The translations under genes and the position numbers were made by a program. From NCBI GenBank assembly GCA_043819495.1, contig JBDRET010000061.1, positions 1 to 61,824 of the forward strand: 61,824 nucleotides of DNA, written 5' to 3'. The DNA is from Candidatus Woesearchaeota archaeon. GTDB lineage: Archaea > Nanobdellota > Nanobdellia > Woesearchaeales > UBA11576. The notes below the pieces were generated by a model, which did not search any database, was not told the origin of the DNA, and saw nothing but the letters and a program-made list of their open reading frames with translations. Shown here piece by piece: positions 36,159-44,896 of the stretch (positions are counted from its first letter, which is position 1; each line of letters starts with the position of its first letter).

Positions 36159-36497
36159 ATGGAAGATAGCCAGTATTTCGTACAGATCAAGGATCCTCTT
36201 GACATGAGGAGAGATATACTAGGCAGCTCCAGGCAGATGATCCAGATACTACAGAGATATGAACGGATAAAGCAGTTAAGGATCAAGAAAGTAGAGAAGA
36301 TACACGATCTTAAAGCAACAACAAAAGAGATACATCTTCTTGTAACAAAGATGAAGGCAGTCCTTCCTGCATATAAGGTCAGGCTTGACCTTGAAAAAGA
36401 GAACAAGCCTAAGCGCAGGGGAATGACCGGAGATGAGCTCAAGAATCTTGAAGCAGAGCTAAGGATGATAGAAGAGAAGATAGGGAATCTCAGTTGA
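36159..36497 (+). CDS. 112-aa coiled-coil protein, paralogous module
   Basis: YFVQIKDPLDMRRDILGSSRQMIQIL...coiled coil. Starts 1 nt after the preceding stop. Confidence 0.65.
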   Translation: MEDSQYFVQIKDPLDMRRDILGSSRQMIQILQRYERIKQLRIKKVEKIHDLKATTKEIHLLVTKMKAVLPAYKVRLDLEKENKPKRRGMTGDELKNLEAELRMIEEKIGNLS

Positions 36498-36520
36498 ATA
36501 TAAGTCTCAGACACAATACT

Positions 36521-36528
36521 TTTAAATA
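36521..36528 (+). promoter_or_regulatory. TATA box for the intron-containing class II tRNA
   Basis: TTTAAATACTAATTCTT lies about 30 nt upstream of tRNA position 1. A nearly identical motif occurs at 54403. Confidence 0.55.
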
Positions 36529-36556
36529 CTAATTCTTAACTTTTCCTGACCTAGAT

Positions 36557-36771
36557 GAGGGGGTGCCGGAGTGGCCAAACGGGACAGTTTTTAGTGTCTC
36601 TACGGCACTAAAAGTTCAAACTCAAGTTAGTTGAGTGCTGAGGCCTAAAAACCTGTGAAGAACTCAGAACTCCTATGCGCCATCTGTTGGCTTAGTGCCT
36701 ACTAGGGTTCAAATATGCACACTGGCGTGTGAGCTTACAATGCCAGGGCGTTGAAATTCCCTACCCCCTCA
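36557..36771 (+). tRNA. class II (Leu-like) tRNA gene with ~87 nt inserted in the anticodon arm and a 44-nt intron at 59/60; anticodon unresolved
   Basis: GAGGGGG-TG-CCG-GAGTGGCCAAA-CGG-G-ACAGT-TTTTAG[...87 nt...]A-TCTGT-TGGCTTAGTGCCTAC-TAGGG-TTCAAA[44 nt]T-CCCTA-CCCCCTC-A. The body aligns with tRNA-Leu(GAG) at 18589. The T-loop intron forms a perfect hBHBh' (UUCA/UGAA). Confidence 0.7.
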
Positions 36772-36795
36772 TCATAATTTTTAAAAGGTAAAAAA

Positions 36796-37596
36796 ATGAT
36801 CATAGATTTTCACACACATTCTAACACTTCAAGAGACACCGATATGACTGTCAGGGATGTCTATGAAGCTGCTGCTGCTAAGGGCATAAAGAACCTCTGC
36901 ATAACCAGCCATCATGAGCCCATAGAGATAAGGAACGGAGACCTGAGGCAGTCGATGACTGATGAGAAACTGGACAAGTACGTATCAGAGATAGAAGAGC
37001 TCAAGAAAGACGGAAGGGTCAACATTTTTGTCGGCACTGAGATAGGATATGATGAGGAAAGTGAAGATGCAATAAGAGCGTTCATCAAGAAGAAAGATTT
37101 TGATTATGTCCTGGGATCGATACACTATGTATTCGGCCATATCATAGCAAGCACCAAAAGAAAGTTCCCGACAGATAAATATCCTGCAGAGCAGGTGCTC
37201 AAGGAATATTTCAGGCTTCTGAAAAAAGCTATCGGGAGCGGGATGTTTGATGCAATAGGGCATATAGACATATACCGGCGCATGCTGCCAGAGCTTGATT
37301 CCCCTGAAGCAGAACCAGAATGGAAAGAGATTGCACAAGCACTCATAAAGAATGATGTAGGATTTGAGATAAACACCAGCCAGTCGAAAAAAGAGCCAGA
37401 AGGGATGTTCCCCCGGCTTTCAGTGCTAAAAGTGCTCATCGAGAACGGTGTGAAGAAGATCACGATCGGCAGTGATGCCCATGCACCTGAAGAGATAGGG
37501 CGGAATCTTGATCATGTGAAAGTAATTCTCAAAGAGCTCGGAATCAAAGAAGTATACCTATTCGAGAGACGGAAAGCAAAACCCCTCCTTCTTTGA
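36796..37596 (+). CDS. PHP-domain phosphoesterase (histidinol-phosphatase HisJ-like)
   Basis: MIIDFHTHSNTSRD...ITSHHE...GSIHY...IGHIDI...GSDAHAPEEIG. Confidence 0.75.
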   Translation: MIIDFHTHSNTSRDTDMTVRDVYEAAAAKGIKNLCITSHHEPIEIRNGDLRQSMTDEKLDKYVSEIEELKKDGRVNIFVGTEIGYDEESEDAIRAFIKKKDFDYVLGSIHYVFGHIIASTKRKFPTDKYPAEQVLKEYFRLLKKAIGSGMFDAIGHIDIYRRMLPELDSPEAEPEWKEIAQALIKNDVGFEINTSQSKKEPEGMFPRLSVLKVLIENGVKKITIGSDAHAPEEIGRNLDHVKVILKELGIKEVYLFERRKAKPLLL

Positions 37597-37781
37597 GACA
37601 TTGTCAACTTATCGTGAGACTGTTGTTGCCGCGCTCGCATAGATTCGCAAATCACTCCTTTAAGCCCATTTCGAACCTGTGGTTCGTAATGTCCCAAGCA
37701 AAGCTTAGGCCTATTGCATCTGTTCTCGTTTACTCTCTCAAAGCTCGCTAGGCGGCAACAACCGCTCAATTGACAATGTCT
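37596..37781. repeat. 186-nt element bounded by 12-bp perfect inverted repeats plus an inner 11-bp inverted repeat (MITE-like or structured RNA)
   Basis: AGACATTGTCAA (37596-37607) versus TTGACAATGTCT (37770-37781). The inner pair is GTTGTTGCCGC / GCGGCAACAAC. An internal hairpin CGAACC-tgt-GGTTCG is present. Confidence 0.6.
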
Positions 37782-37872
37782 TCTTTAACAATATTTAAAT
37801 ATCAGAAAGACAGGAAATAGAACAATAAGATACAGATAGAAAATAAAGAGATAGAAAATAAAGGTAAATAAA

Positions 37873-39210
37873 ATGACAATAGAAATATGTACAGTAGGCG
37901 GCTACAATGAAGTCGGAAAGAACATGACCGCAATAAGGGTCGATGATGAAGTCGTCCTCATAGACATGGGATTACATCTTGATCCTTACATACAATATAC
38001 TGATAGCGATGAAGTATGTGACATGAGTGCGGCAGCGCTCACATCAATAGGGGCAATACCTGACATCAAGTTGATACAGGACTGGCAGAAAAAAGTCAAG
38101 GCGATAATACCGACCCATGCGCACCTGGACCATGTCGGAGCAGTACCATATCTTGAGAGAAAATTCGATGCGCCAATATTATGCACACCATTCACCGCCG
38201 AAGTCCTCAAAGCGATATGCGCCGATGAGAAAATAAAGCTCAAGAACAAGGTGAAGGTGCTGAATGTAAACTCAATCTACACCCTATCCGACAAGATAAC
38301 ACTTGAATTCGTAAATGCTGCCCACTCAACACCACAGACAGTGCTTGTAGCAATACACACACCATATGGCGTCATACTCTATGCCTCAGACTTCAAGTTT
38401 GACAGCCAACCAGTCATAGGAAAGAAGACTGACATGGCACAGCTAAAAAGGCTCGGCAAGAAGAATGTACTCTGCCTGATATGCGACGGCACAAGAGCAG
38501 GACAGGCGATGAAGACACCATCAGAACAGGTAGCGCGTGAGATGCTCAAGGATGTCATGCTTGCCACAAGCTCTGAAGGCAAAGCAGTAGTGGTCACGAC
38601 ATTCAGCTCACACATAGCAAGACTCAAATCCATAGTTGAGTTCGGGAAGAAGCTCAACAGGAAGATAGTATTCCTCGGAAGGAGCCTTTCCAAGTACGTC
38701 GCTGCCGCAGAGAATGCAGGGATAATAAAATTTTCAGATGATGTTGAACTCGTGAAGTTCGGCAAGCACATACGCATGAAGCTCAAGCAGATAGAGAAAA
38801 ACCCTGCAAAATACCTCATAGTATGCACCGGCCATCAGGGAGAGCAGAAGGCAGTCCTTGGAAAGATCGTCAATGGAGAGTTCGAATTCCGATTCAATAA
38901 GGACGACCAGATAATATTCTCATGCACTGTGATACCAACACCGCTGAACAGGTCAAACAGAGACATCCTTGAACGGAACCTGCGCCAGCATGGCGTCAGG
39001 ATATTCAAAGACCTGCACGCATCAGGGCATCCATCAAAAGAAGACTGCAGAGAGATAATCAGCCTTGTCAAACCGAAGCACATAATACCCTGTCACGTCG
39101 ACACGGCTATGGCAACTGGCCTGATGGATCTGGCACTGGAAATGGGATATACAATGGGCGAGCAGGTCCATCTGATGCAGAATGGTCAGCGGTTCCGGGT
39201 CCTTGAGTAG
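37873..39210 (+). CDS. rnj: ribonuclease J (archaeal beta-CASP metallo-beta-lactamase)
   Basis: MTIEICTVGGYNEVGKNMTAI...PTHAHLDHVGAVPYL...HASGHPSKED. 445 aa. Confidence 0.9.
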   Translation: MTIEICTVGGYNEVGKNMTAIRVDDEVVLIDMGLHLDPYIQYTDSDEVCDMSAAALTSIGAIPDIKLIQDWQKKVKAIIPTHAHLDHVGAVPYLERKFDAPILCTPFTAEVLKAICADEKIKLKNKVKVLNVNSIYTLSDKITLEFVNAAHSTPQTVLVAIHTPYGVILYASDFKFDSQPVIGKKTDMAQLKRLGKKNVLCLICDGTRAGQAMKTPSEQVAREMLKDVMLATSSEGKAVVVTTFSSHIARLKSIVEFGKKLNRKIVFLGRSLSKYVAAAENAGIIKFSDDVELVKFGKHIRMKLKQIEKNPAKYLIVCTGHQGEQKAVLGKIVNGEFEFRFNKDDQIIFSCTVIPTPLNRSNRDILERNLRQHGVRIFKDLHASGHPSKEDCREIISLVKPKHIIPCHVDTAMATGLMDLALEMGYTMGEQVHLMQNGQRFRVLE

Positions 39211-41545
39211 GATCATCCTTCTTGATGAGCCTGGATGGTAATGAGGATATGCTGCCCTTTACCCTGCCCCATACAGACTTCTTCGATATCTCAGCATAGG
39301 ATTCCTGCGCAAGGGCCTTGACCTTAGCAGCGTCAATGTCACCGACAAGATATTTCAGATATATACCATCATCAGGCCTGTGCTTATCAAGATGTGAAAA
39401 ATACTCTCTCAACTCAGTATCCTTATGCGACTGCTTCAACCTCAGCAATACCCCGTACATATCAGTCCTTAAATTATGTGTGAGTTCAGAAGCTACCTCA
39501 GGAGCGTCAGGAGGAAATGACTGCATGAGATCAGAGAACCTATTGAAAAGCGTATCTCTCGCCTCATTGATAAGGGATATTATATGTGATGCAGAGTCCA
39601 TTATGCCCTCATATTTCTTCACGTCCGAACCCTTTGCATCTTCCAGCTTCTTGGCAGCATCCCGTCTCTTACTATCTATGTTGAATATGACTTCAGAATA
39701 CTTCTTCTCTATCTGCACCATCCTGGCAATCTTCTGTCGGTCATAGCTGCCTGTGATGAAGCCCGCCCTCACATTCGAGAACCTAAGATTCGGTGCGTAG
39801 TTATGGAGCGAATGGACAAGCGTCTCAATATTGGATTCTGCCTCAAGGTACCTTATCATACTATCAAGATCACCATCAGCATGCGACTCAAAAGCCCGTT
39901 CGGTCTCGGCAGATGCCTTTGCAAAGACGCCGAGATCAAAAGAACCTGTCGTGACCTCACGCTCAGTGTCCTCTGTCTTTCCTACACGTTCTCTGCTCGG
40001 TGTAGACATGAGTATCTTATACGTATCAGGATGGCTCTCCTGCAGGACCTCTTCTTTTACAGCAGTCCCTGAATCAAACACTACAGAGCCGAAATCTGCA
40101 TCCCTCCTGCGCTTTGCCTCTTCCATCTCTTCACGGATATGATCCCTGAAAAAAGGTATATCTTCATCCACTATGTCCAAGACTTCAGCAGAGAAAGATT
40201 CAGTTCCCCTCTGCTCAAGAAGTAACCCTTGCACCTTTGCTACTGCTGCTGCAACATTCTGCTTCTCAAGCATCAATGAATTCTCCGCAGCAGACCTCTG
40301 AAGCACATCATACGCCTGATGAATGCCTGCGTCTGACTGGAACATGCTTTCAAGACTCACCGACCCATTTACGACAGGATCTCCCGCTCCCTTCAGCTGT
40401 TCCGCAGGCCTCAATATCTTCGTGCCTGGAAAATATCTAGAAGTATCTTTCAGATTGGCAGGAGGAGGTAATGGCGCTCCTGATTTTTTGATAGGTCTAA
40501 AGACCTTAGCAGGTCTTAGTTCTGGTCCAGACTCTTCTACAAGCTGGACATAATCATCAGGAATGAGAACTTCAGTCTCATTATCTATGAAATCACGGAA
40601 TATGTCGACCTCAAGATCACTCAGTGATAACTCCACAGGTTCCTGCAGGTAAAACGACAGAACATCATCGATCTTCGACTTTATCTGCTGAAGATCCTCA
40701 CGCTCGCGGTAAAGCGAATTGTTCGCGATGAACTGAGAAGCAAGACCAAGATACTCCTGCTCTTCACAGCTCAATGTCAGCTTCCTCTCTTCAGAGATAT
40801 TAGCGAAAGCATCTTCAAAGTCTGCGCGCCTGTTCTTCCACAGACGGCGCGAGGTCAATCTCTGACCGAGCTCAAGGATATCATCACCCACAATCTCAGG
40901 TGAATCAAGAAGGGTCACTTCACCTTCATCATCTACATCACATGCTGTCTGCAGCTCTGTGCATAGCATCGTCTTGAAACGGAACCTGTCCTGTAAAGAA
41001 TGACGAGAGTGCCATGGAGCAGCTAAAGCATTCGCGTATAGTCCATTATGATCCTTTCCGCTGTCAAGCTCACGGAACTCCTGGTACTTTATCGCGTTCT
41101 GTATCCCTTGGCTCAGATCAGTGCTGTCAGCAGTGCACTTATTCTCAAAGAAAAGGTTCGTAAGATCAGGCAAGGAATATCCTTTCAGTGCAAGAGGCAT
41201 GAACTCATCAGTGTCAGGACATCCCATCTCATCCCACATACGCATCTTACGGACTATCCTGAGCCTTGTGCCTGGCTCTTTGCCCTTCAGTATATCAAGA
41301 ATCCAGTCCATATCAGGAGACAGAAGATATCCAGAATCAGGTTTGGCAGACACTCTGGCGGGCTTCTTTTTTACAGCCACTTTCGTAGCATATGCATCAT
41401 CAGAGAGTAATGTAGCAGTATCCGAGGGCAATGTATCAGAAGTATCAAAAATAGGCAAATCTGCCGCTTCAGCTGCTAATTCCTGCACCAGGGCCTCTAG
41501 CGGGTTAGATCCTTCTTCCAAATATATCGCCCTCCTGCTCTTCAT
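39107..41545 (-). CDS. large orphan protein (812 aa), no recognisable domain
   Basis: A long uninterrupted ORF with coding-like composition and no motif I can name. Its last ~35 codons overlap the 3' end of rnj. Confidence 0.65.
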   Translation of the reverse strand: MKSRRAIYLEEGSNPLEALVQELAAEAADLPIFDTSDTLPSDTATLLSDDAYATKVAVKKKPARVSAKPDSGYLLSPDMDWILDILKGKEPGTRLRIVRKMRMWDEMGCPDTDEFMPLALKGYSLPDLTNLFFENKCTADSTDLSQGIQNAIKYQEFRELDSGKDHNGLYANALAAPWHSRHSLQDRFRFKTMLCTELQTACDVDDEGEVTLLDSPEIVGDDILELGQRLTSRRLWKNRRADFEDAFANISEERKLTLSCEEQEYLGLASQFIANNSLYREREDLQQIKSKIDDVLSFYLQEPVELSLSDLEVDIFRDFIDNETEVLIPDDYVQLVEESGPELRPAKVFRPIKKSGAPLPPPANLKDTSRYFPGTKILRPAEQLKGAGDPVVNGSVSLESMFQSDAGIHQAYDVLQRSAAENSLMLEKQNVAAAVAKVQGLLLEQRGTESFSAEVLDIVDEDIPFFRDHIREEMEEAKRRRDADFGSVVFDSGTAVKEEVLQESHPDTYKILMSTPSRERVGKTEDTEREVTTGSFDLGVFAKASAETERAFESHADGDLDSMIRYLEAESNIETLVHSLHNYAPNLRFSNVRAGFITGSYDRQKIARMVQIEKKYSEVIFNIDSKRRDAAKKLEDAKGSDVKKYEGIMDSASHIISLINEARDTLFNRFSDLMQSFPPDAPEVASELTHNLRTDMYGVLLRLKQSHKDTELREYFSHLDKHRPDDGIYLKYLVGDIDAAKVKALAQESYAEISKKSVWGRVKGSISSLPSRLIKKDDPTQGPGTADHSASDGPARPLYIPFPVPDPSGQLP

Positions 41546-41877
41546 ATTATGTCGTGAGAGTATTTAAAAGTTATTGTGGCTTAACTTCCTATTAACTTCC
41601 CACATCATCTCCTATCAAATTCCCAGAATCAGCTCTTTTTCTTCAAGATTCAGATTTGTATAGATCTGCACAGATTTGTGCATAAGCTCATCAGTTACTT
41701 CCGTTCTTCATCTCCTTTCGGATCAGCGGGTGTTCACCAAATCACCGCCTATGATGCACTCTGAAGCCTTTTAAGGCTCTGAAGTGATATTATAGCGTAG
41801 CATGACGTGTTTTGACATATCTATATAAAACTATGTTTTCGTAACTGTTGAGTGGTTAAAAATAGAAAGGTTTATAT

Positions 41878-42651
41878 ATGAAAAATGTGAAACTAAGTGG
41901 CATGGCAACAAATCCTGAATTCCAATTCAAGAAACTGAACGATATCTTAACGACCTCATTCACAAATGTGAAGTATGATGTCAGGGATATCAATACTAAG
42001 ATCGAGAACCTCAAATCAAACTTTGCTAACTTGTCTACGGACAGCATAAAGACTGCATTTGAGCAGCAGATCTCGCTTATCAGGGAACAGCAGATCGCAA
42101 TCAACCAGCTCAACAAGAGACTATCTGAGATTGAGAGCGCACCTGTTAAAGCTGTTGAAAAAGCACCAGCATATTCTCAAGTGTTCAAGACAAAAGAGTC
42201 AGCACTTGCAGAAGTAAGAAGGATGCTCAAGTCAGAGCTCAAGACCGACAAGATAGCTGAGAAAGCGACAAAAGCAGATTCGGTATATGACATACCAGAG
42301 GGAGAAGTCAGGATCACAAAGACACATTTCAAGTCAGACAAGAAAGGCAAGCTTGCTGCTCTCTCTGATGAATGGGTCGAAGTCACAGGCTACGGTGTAG
42401 ACATGACAGGATTCAAGCTCCAGGATAAAGGAAGAAAACACATCTTCAAATTCCCAGAAGGATTCATGATATATGGCCCAGTGAAGATATTCACAAGCAA
42501 AGGCAAAGACACAAACACAAAACTGTTCTGGAGCAGGCCAAACCCTGTCTGGAACGACAAAGGCGATGTCGCTTCACTCCTCAATAAACAGGGGAAGATA
42601 GTGAGCCAGGTGCTGTCAGAGCCGACGTATTCTTTTAAGGTCGTTAAGTGA
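41878..42651 (+). CDS. coiled-coil protein with a C-terminal lamin-tail domain (LTD)
   Basis: LSDEWVEVTGYGVDMTGFKLQDKGRKHIFKFPEGFMIYGPVKIFTSKG...VWNDKGDVASLLNKQGKIV matches the LTD pattern. Confidence 0.75.
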   Translation: MKNVKLSGMATNPEFQFKKLNDILTTSFTNVKYDVRDINTKIENLKSNFANLSTDSIKTAFEQQISLIREQQIAINQLNKRLSEIESAPVKAVEKAPAYSQVFKTKESALAEVRRMLKSELKTDKIAEKATKADSVYDIPEGEVRITKTHFKSDKKGKLAALSDEWVEVTGYGVDMTGFKLQDKGRKHIFKFPEGFMIYGPVKIFTSKGKDTNTKLFWSRPNPVWNDKGDVASLLNKQGKIVSQVLSEPTYSFKVVK

Positions 42652-42655
42652 GAAT

Positions 42656-42910
42656 ATGGGAGGAAAAACAATCGACTCCCTATCTGTGATGCTCCATTTT
42701 GTAGATATGAATCAGGCTGCTAAAGAAATCAAGCGATTATCCGACAAATGCAGACAACTGGAAGATATCGATGGCCAGCCAATAGGCAGGATAACCCGAG
42801 TAGACCTATACGGCACACAGGATCACCAAATGGTACGTCTGAGATACACTACAAAAGAAGGCGAAGAGCATGAAAAGAGATTTGATATAGCAGATTTCTA
42901 TTCTCTTTGA
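42656..42910 (+). CDS. 84-aa hypothetical protein, coupled to the LTD gene
   Basis: Starts 4 nt after the LTD stop. No motif recognised. Confidence 0.45.
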   Translation: MGGKTIDSLSVMLHFVDMNQAAKEIKRLSDKCRQLEDIDGQPIGRITRVDLYGTQDHQMVRLRYTTKEGEEHEKRFDIADFYSL

Positions 42911-42925
42911 TCACGAACTCTTTGG

Positions 42926-43954
42926 TTACAAAACCTTAAAATCAACACATATCCTATAATTGCTCGGAGAATGCTGTCCGCACTTCACCGTCTTTAGAAT
43001 CTTACACTTCATCTTGTTCTTCTTGCAGGCTTCTTTTATGCGTTCATGTGCCGCTGTAAAGTTGCCCTCGTCCTCAAAAGCATAAAAATGAATGATAGTG
43101 CCCTTGCGGGCTACGGCTAACGCCGAAGATAAAAAATCACCTGCAGACTTCGGGAGCGGCATTGCGATGCGGTCGAATTTCTGCTTGAGTTTCTGGACGA
43201 CTTCTTTCACGTCGCCATTGATGAGAGTCACATTGCTTATCTTGTTTAGCTTCACGTTCTCAAGACCATATTTATGGCCGTAAGGATTGAGCTCTATGCC
43301 TGTGATGTCTTTTGCTTTTGTGCGTCTTGCAATTACACAAGGGTAAGGGGCGCAGCCAGAGAACATTATGAGGACAGACTCGCCAGGCTTGACCTGGTCT
43401 GCTATGCGTTTGCGCTCTGTGGATAGCCTTGGAGAGAAATATACCTTCTCGACATCAAGTTTCAGGCGGACACCGTGCTCGACATACAATGCCTCTTTAG
43501 TCTTCCTGCCAGAAAGATACTTCATCTTCTGGGTCCGGAACTCAGTACCATGTATCCCTACTTTCTTGAGGACTGTACTTATGTTCTTATGCAGCTTCAA
43601 TAACGACTCTGCAATCAATATCTCCTTCTTCTCAAGCCCTTCAGGGATCTCTATTATCGCGATGGAGCCAGTAACATCAAATGCTCGCTTGAGCACTTCA
43701 CGCTCAGACTTCGTCAGGACCTTACTGATCTCTGACTTAAGCGTCTGCTTCTTGCGCATCGAATTCATGCATCTGATATCAGGGAATGTCACGAAACTGA
43801 ACCGCTTCTGTATGCCTGTCTTCTTTGATATCGGAAACAGGATGTATTCTCCGTCTTTCTTGAGGATATAATCCGGGTTGAAAAGATCGTTATCTATCAA
43901 AAACCTCTTGACATCCTGAGCTTTCTTGAGTGGGACCTTGACACATAGAACCAT
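42926..43954 (-). CDS. trm5: tRNA (guanine37-N1)-methyltransferase Trm5/Taw22 family (Met-10+ like)
   Basis: 342 aa. Has a class I SAM fold (VLIMFSGCAPYPCVIARR...ITGIELNP) and the typical N-terminal D1 domain. Confidence 0.75.
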   Translation of the reverse strand: MVLCVKVPLKKAQDVKRFLIDNDLFNPDYILKKDGEYILFPISKKTGIQKRFSFVTFPDIRCMNSMRKKQTLKSEISKVLTKSEREVLKRAFDVTGSIAIIEIPEGLEKKEILIAESLLKLHKNISTVLKKVGIHGTEFRTQKMKYLSGRKTKEALYVEHGVRLKLDVEKVYFSPRLSTERKRIADQVKPGESVLIMFSGCAPYPCVIARRTKAKDITGIELNPYGHKYGLENVKLNKISNVTLINGDVKEVVQKLKQKFDRIAMPLPKSAGDFLSSALAVARKGTIIHFYAFEDEGNFTAAHERIKEACKKNKMKCKILKTVKCGQHSPSNYRICVDFKVL

Positions 43955-43958
43955 ATGA

Positions 43959-44831
43959 TCACCCGATGACTATCAGCACCACTCCTACGATCATTATACC
44001 GCACGCGATGAAACGGTATATCATGTCATGTTCGTGGAACAGCCTGCCTCCGACAAGAGTGGCTATAAGCGTGCTTGTCCTTTTCAATGGTATTATCAAC
44101 GAGACCATCGCACCAGGCAATGCTACCGCAGTATAATAGAATATATCTGAAAACAGCAATAGCAGAGCGATGACGAACATCAGATGCTTACCCTTTACAA
44201 AAGCATGTTTGATGTCTTTCAGACCATTATACTTGACAAACTGTATCAAAAGATAATGGATGGCCAGGACCAAGAATGTGAATGAAAGGAAAGTATATGG
44301 ATCGACAGTCCTCAATATCACCTTATCCAATACAGAACACCAAGAATAGACAAATATCGCAAAAAGCATGAATGCTGCATACTTATTCTTGAATATCTTC
44401 AGAGGATGCAGCATATTCTTCATATGATGGTTGGCCTGAAGCCAATAAGCACCAAATATAAGGAATGCAACACCTGCATACTGGAGCAATGATGGCATCT
44501 CACCAAGGAAAATGACGCTCCACACAATCAGGAAAATAGGTGATAGGTTCGTCAAAGGAGTGACATAAGATATCTCAAGATGCCGCAATGCTTTTGACCC
44601 GAGAAGCCAACCTATAGTGACAAACAATGCCTTCAGATACATGAGCCCCCAGATCTTCAACGGATACGAGAAATCCATCATAGGAAGAAAGAAAAGACTG
44701 AAAAGGAAAGTCAGACTGCAAGTGACAGACAGGAACTCTGTCGCATGCTCAGATATCAGGACCTTCTTGGAGATGACCTGCCTAGAACCGAAGAACACTG
44801 CTGCGACCAATGCAAAGACAAACCATTCCAT
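43959..44831 (-). CDS. EamA/DMT-family transporter
   Basis: 290 aa with about 10 TM helices as two repeated 5-TM halves. Confidence 0.7.
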   Translation of the reverse strand: MEWFVFALVAAVFFGSRQVISKKVLISEHATEFLSVTCSLTFLFSLFFLPMMDFSYPLKIWGLMYLKALFVTIGWLLGSKALRHLEISYVTPLTNLSPIFLIVWSVIFLGEMPSLLQYAGVAFLIFGAYWLQANHHMKNMLHPLKIFKNKYAAFMLFAIFVYSWCSVLDKVILRTVDPYTFLSFTFLVLAIHYLLIQFVKYNGLKDIKHAFVKGKHLMFVIALLLLFSDIFYYTAVALPGAMVSLIIPLKRTSTLIATLVGGRLFHEHDMIYRFIACGIMIVGVVLIVIG

Positions 44832-44896
44832 CTTACCATTCCACCTCTATACCTGAACATCCACATGAATAGATATCCATACTGAAAAATATACAC

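Noticed and set aside
36557-36771. Genetic-code reassignment of UAA via a UUA-anticodon tRNA.
   Set aside because: TAA terminates well-conserved genes at the expected position in this window; the leuS stop at 11197-11199 is one example. No conserved ORF needs read-through, and the splice pattern giving UUA has no bulge-helix-bulge support. It is kept only as an unresolved alternative in the finding.
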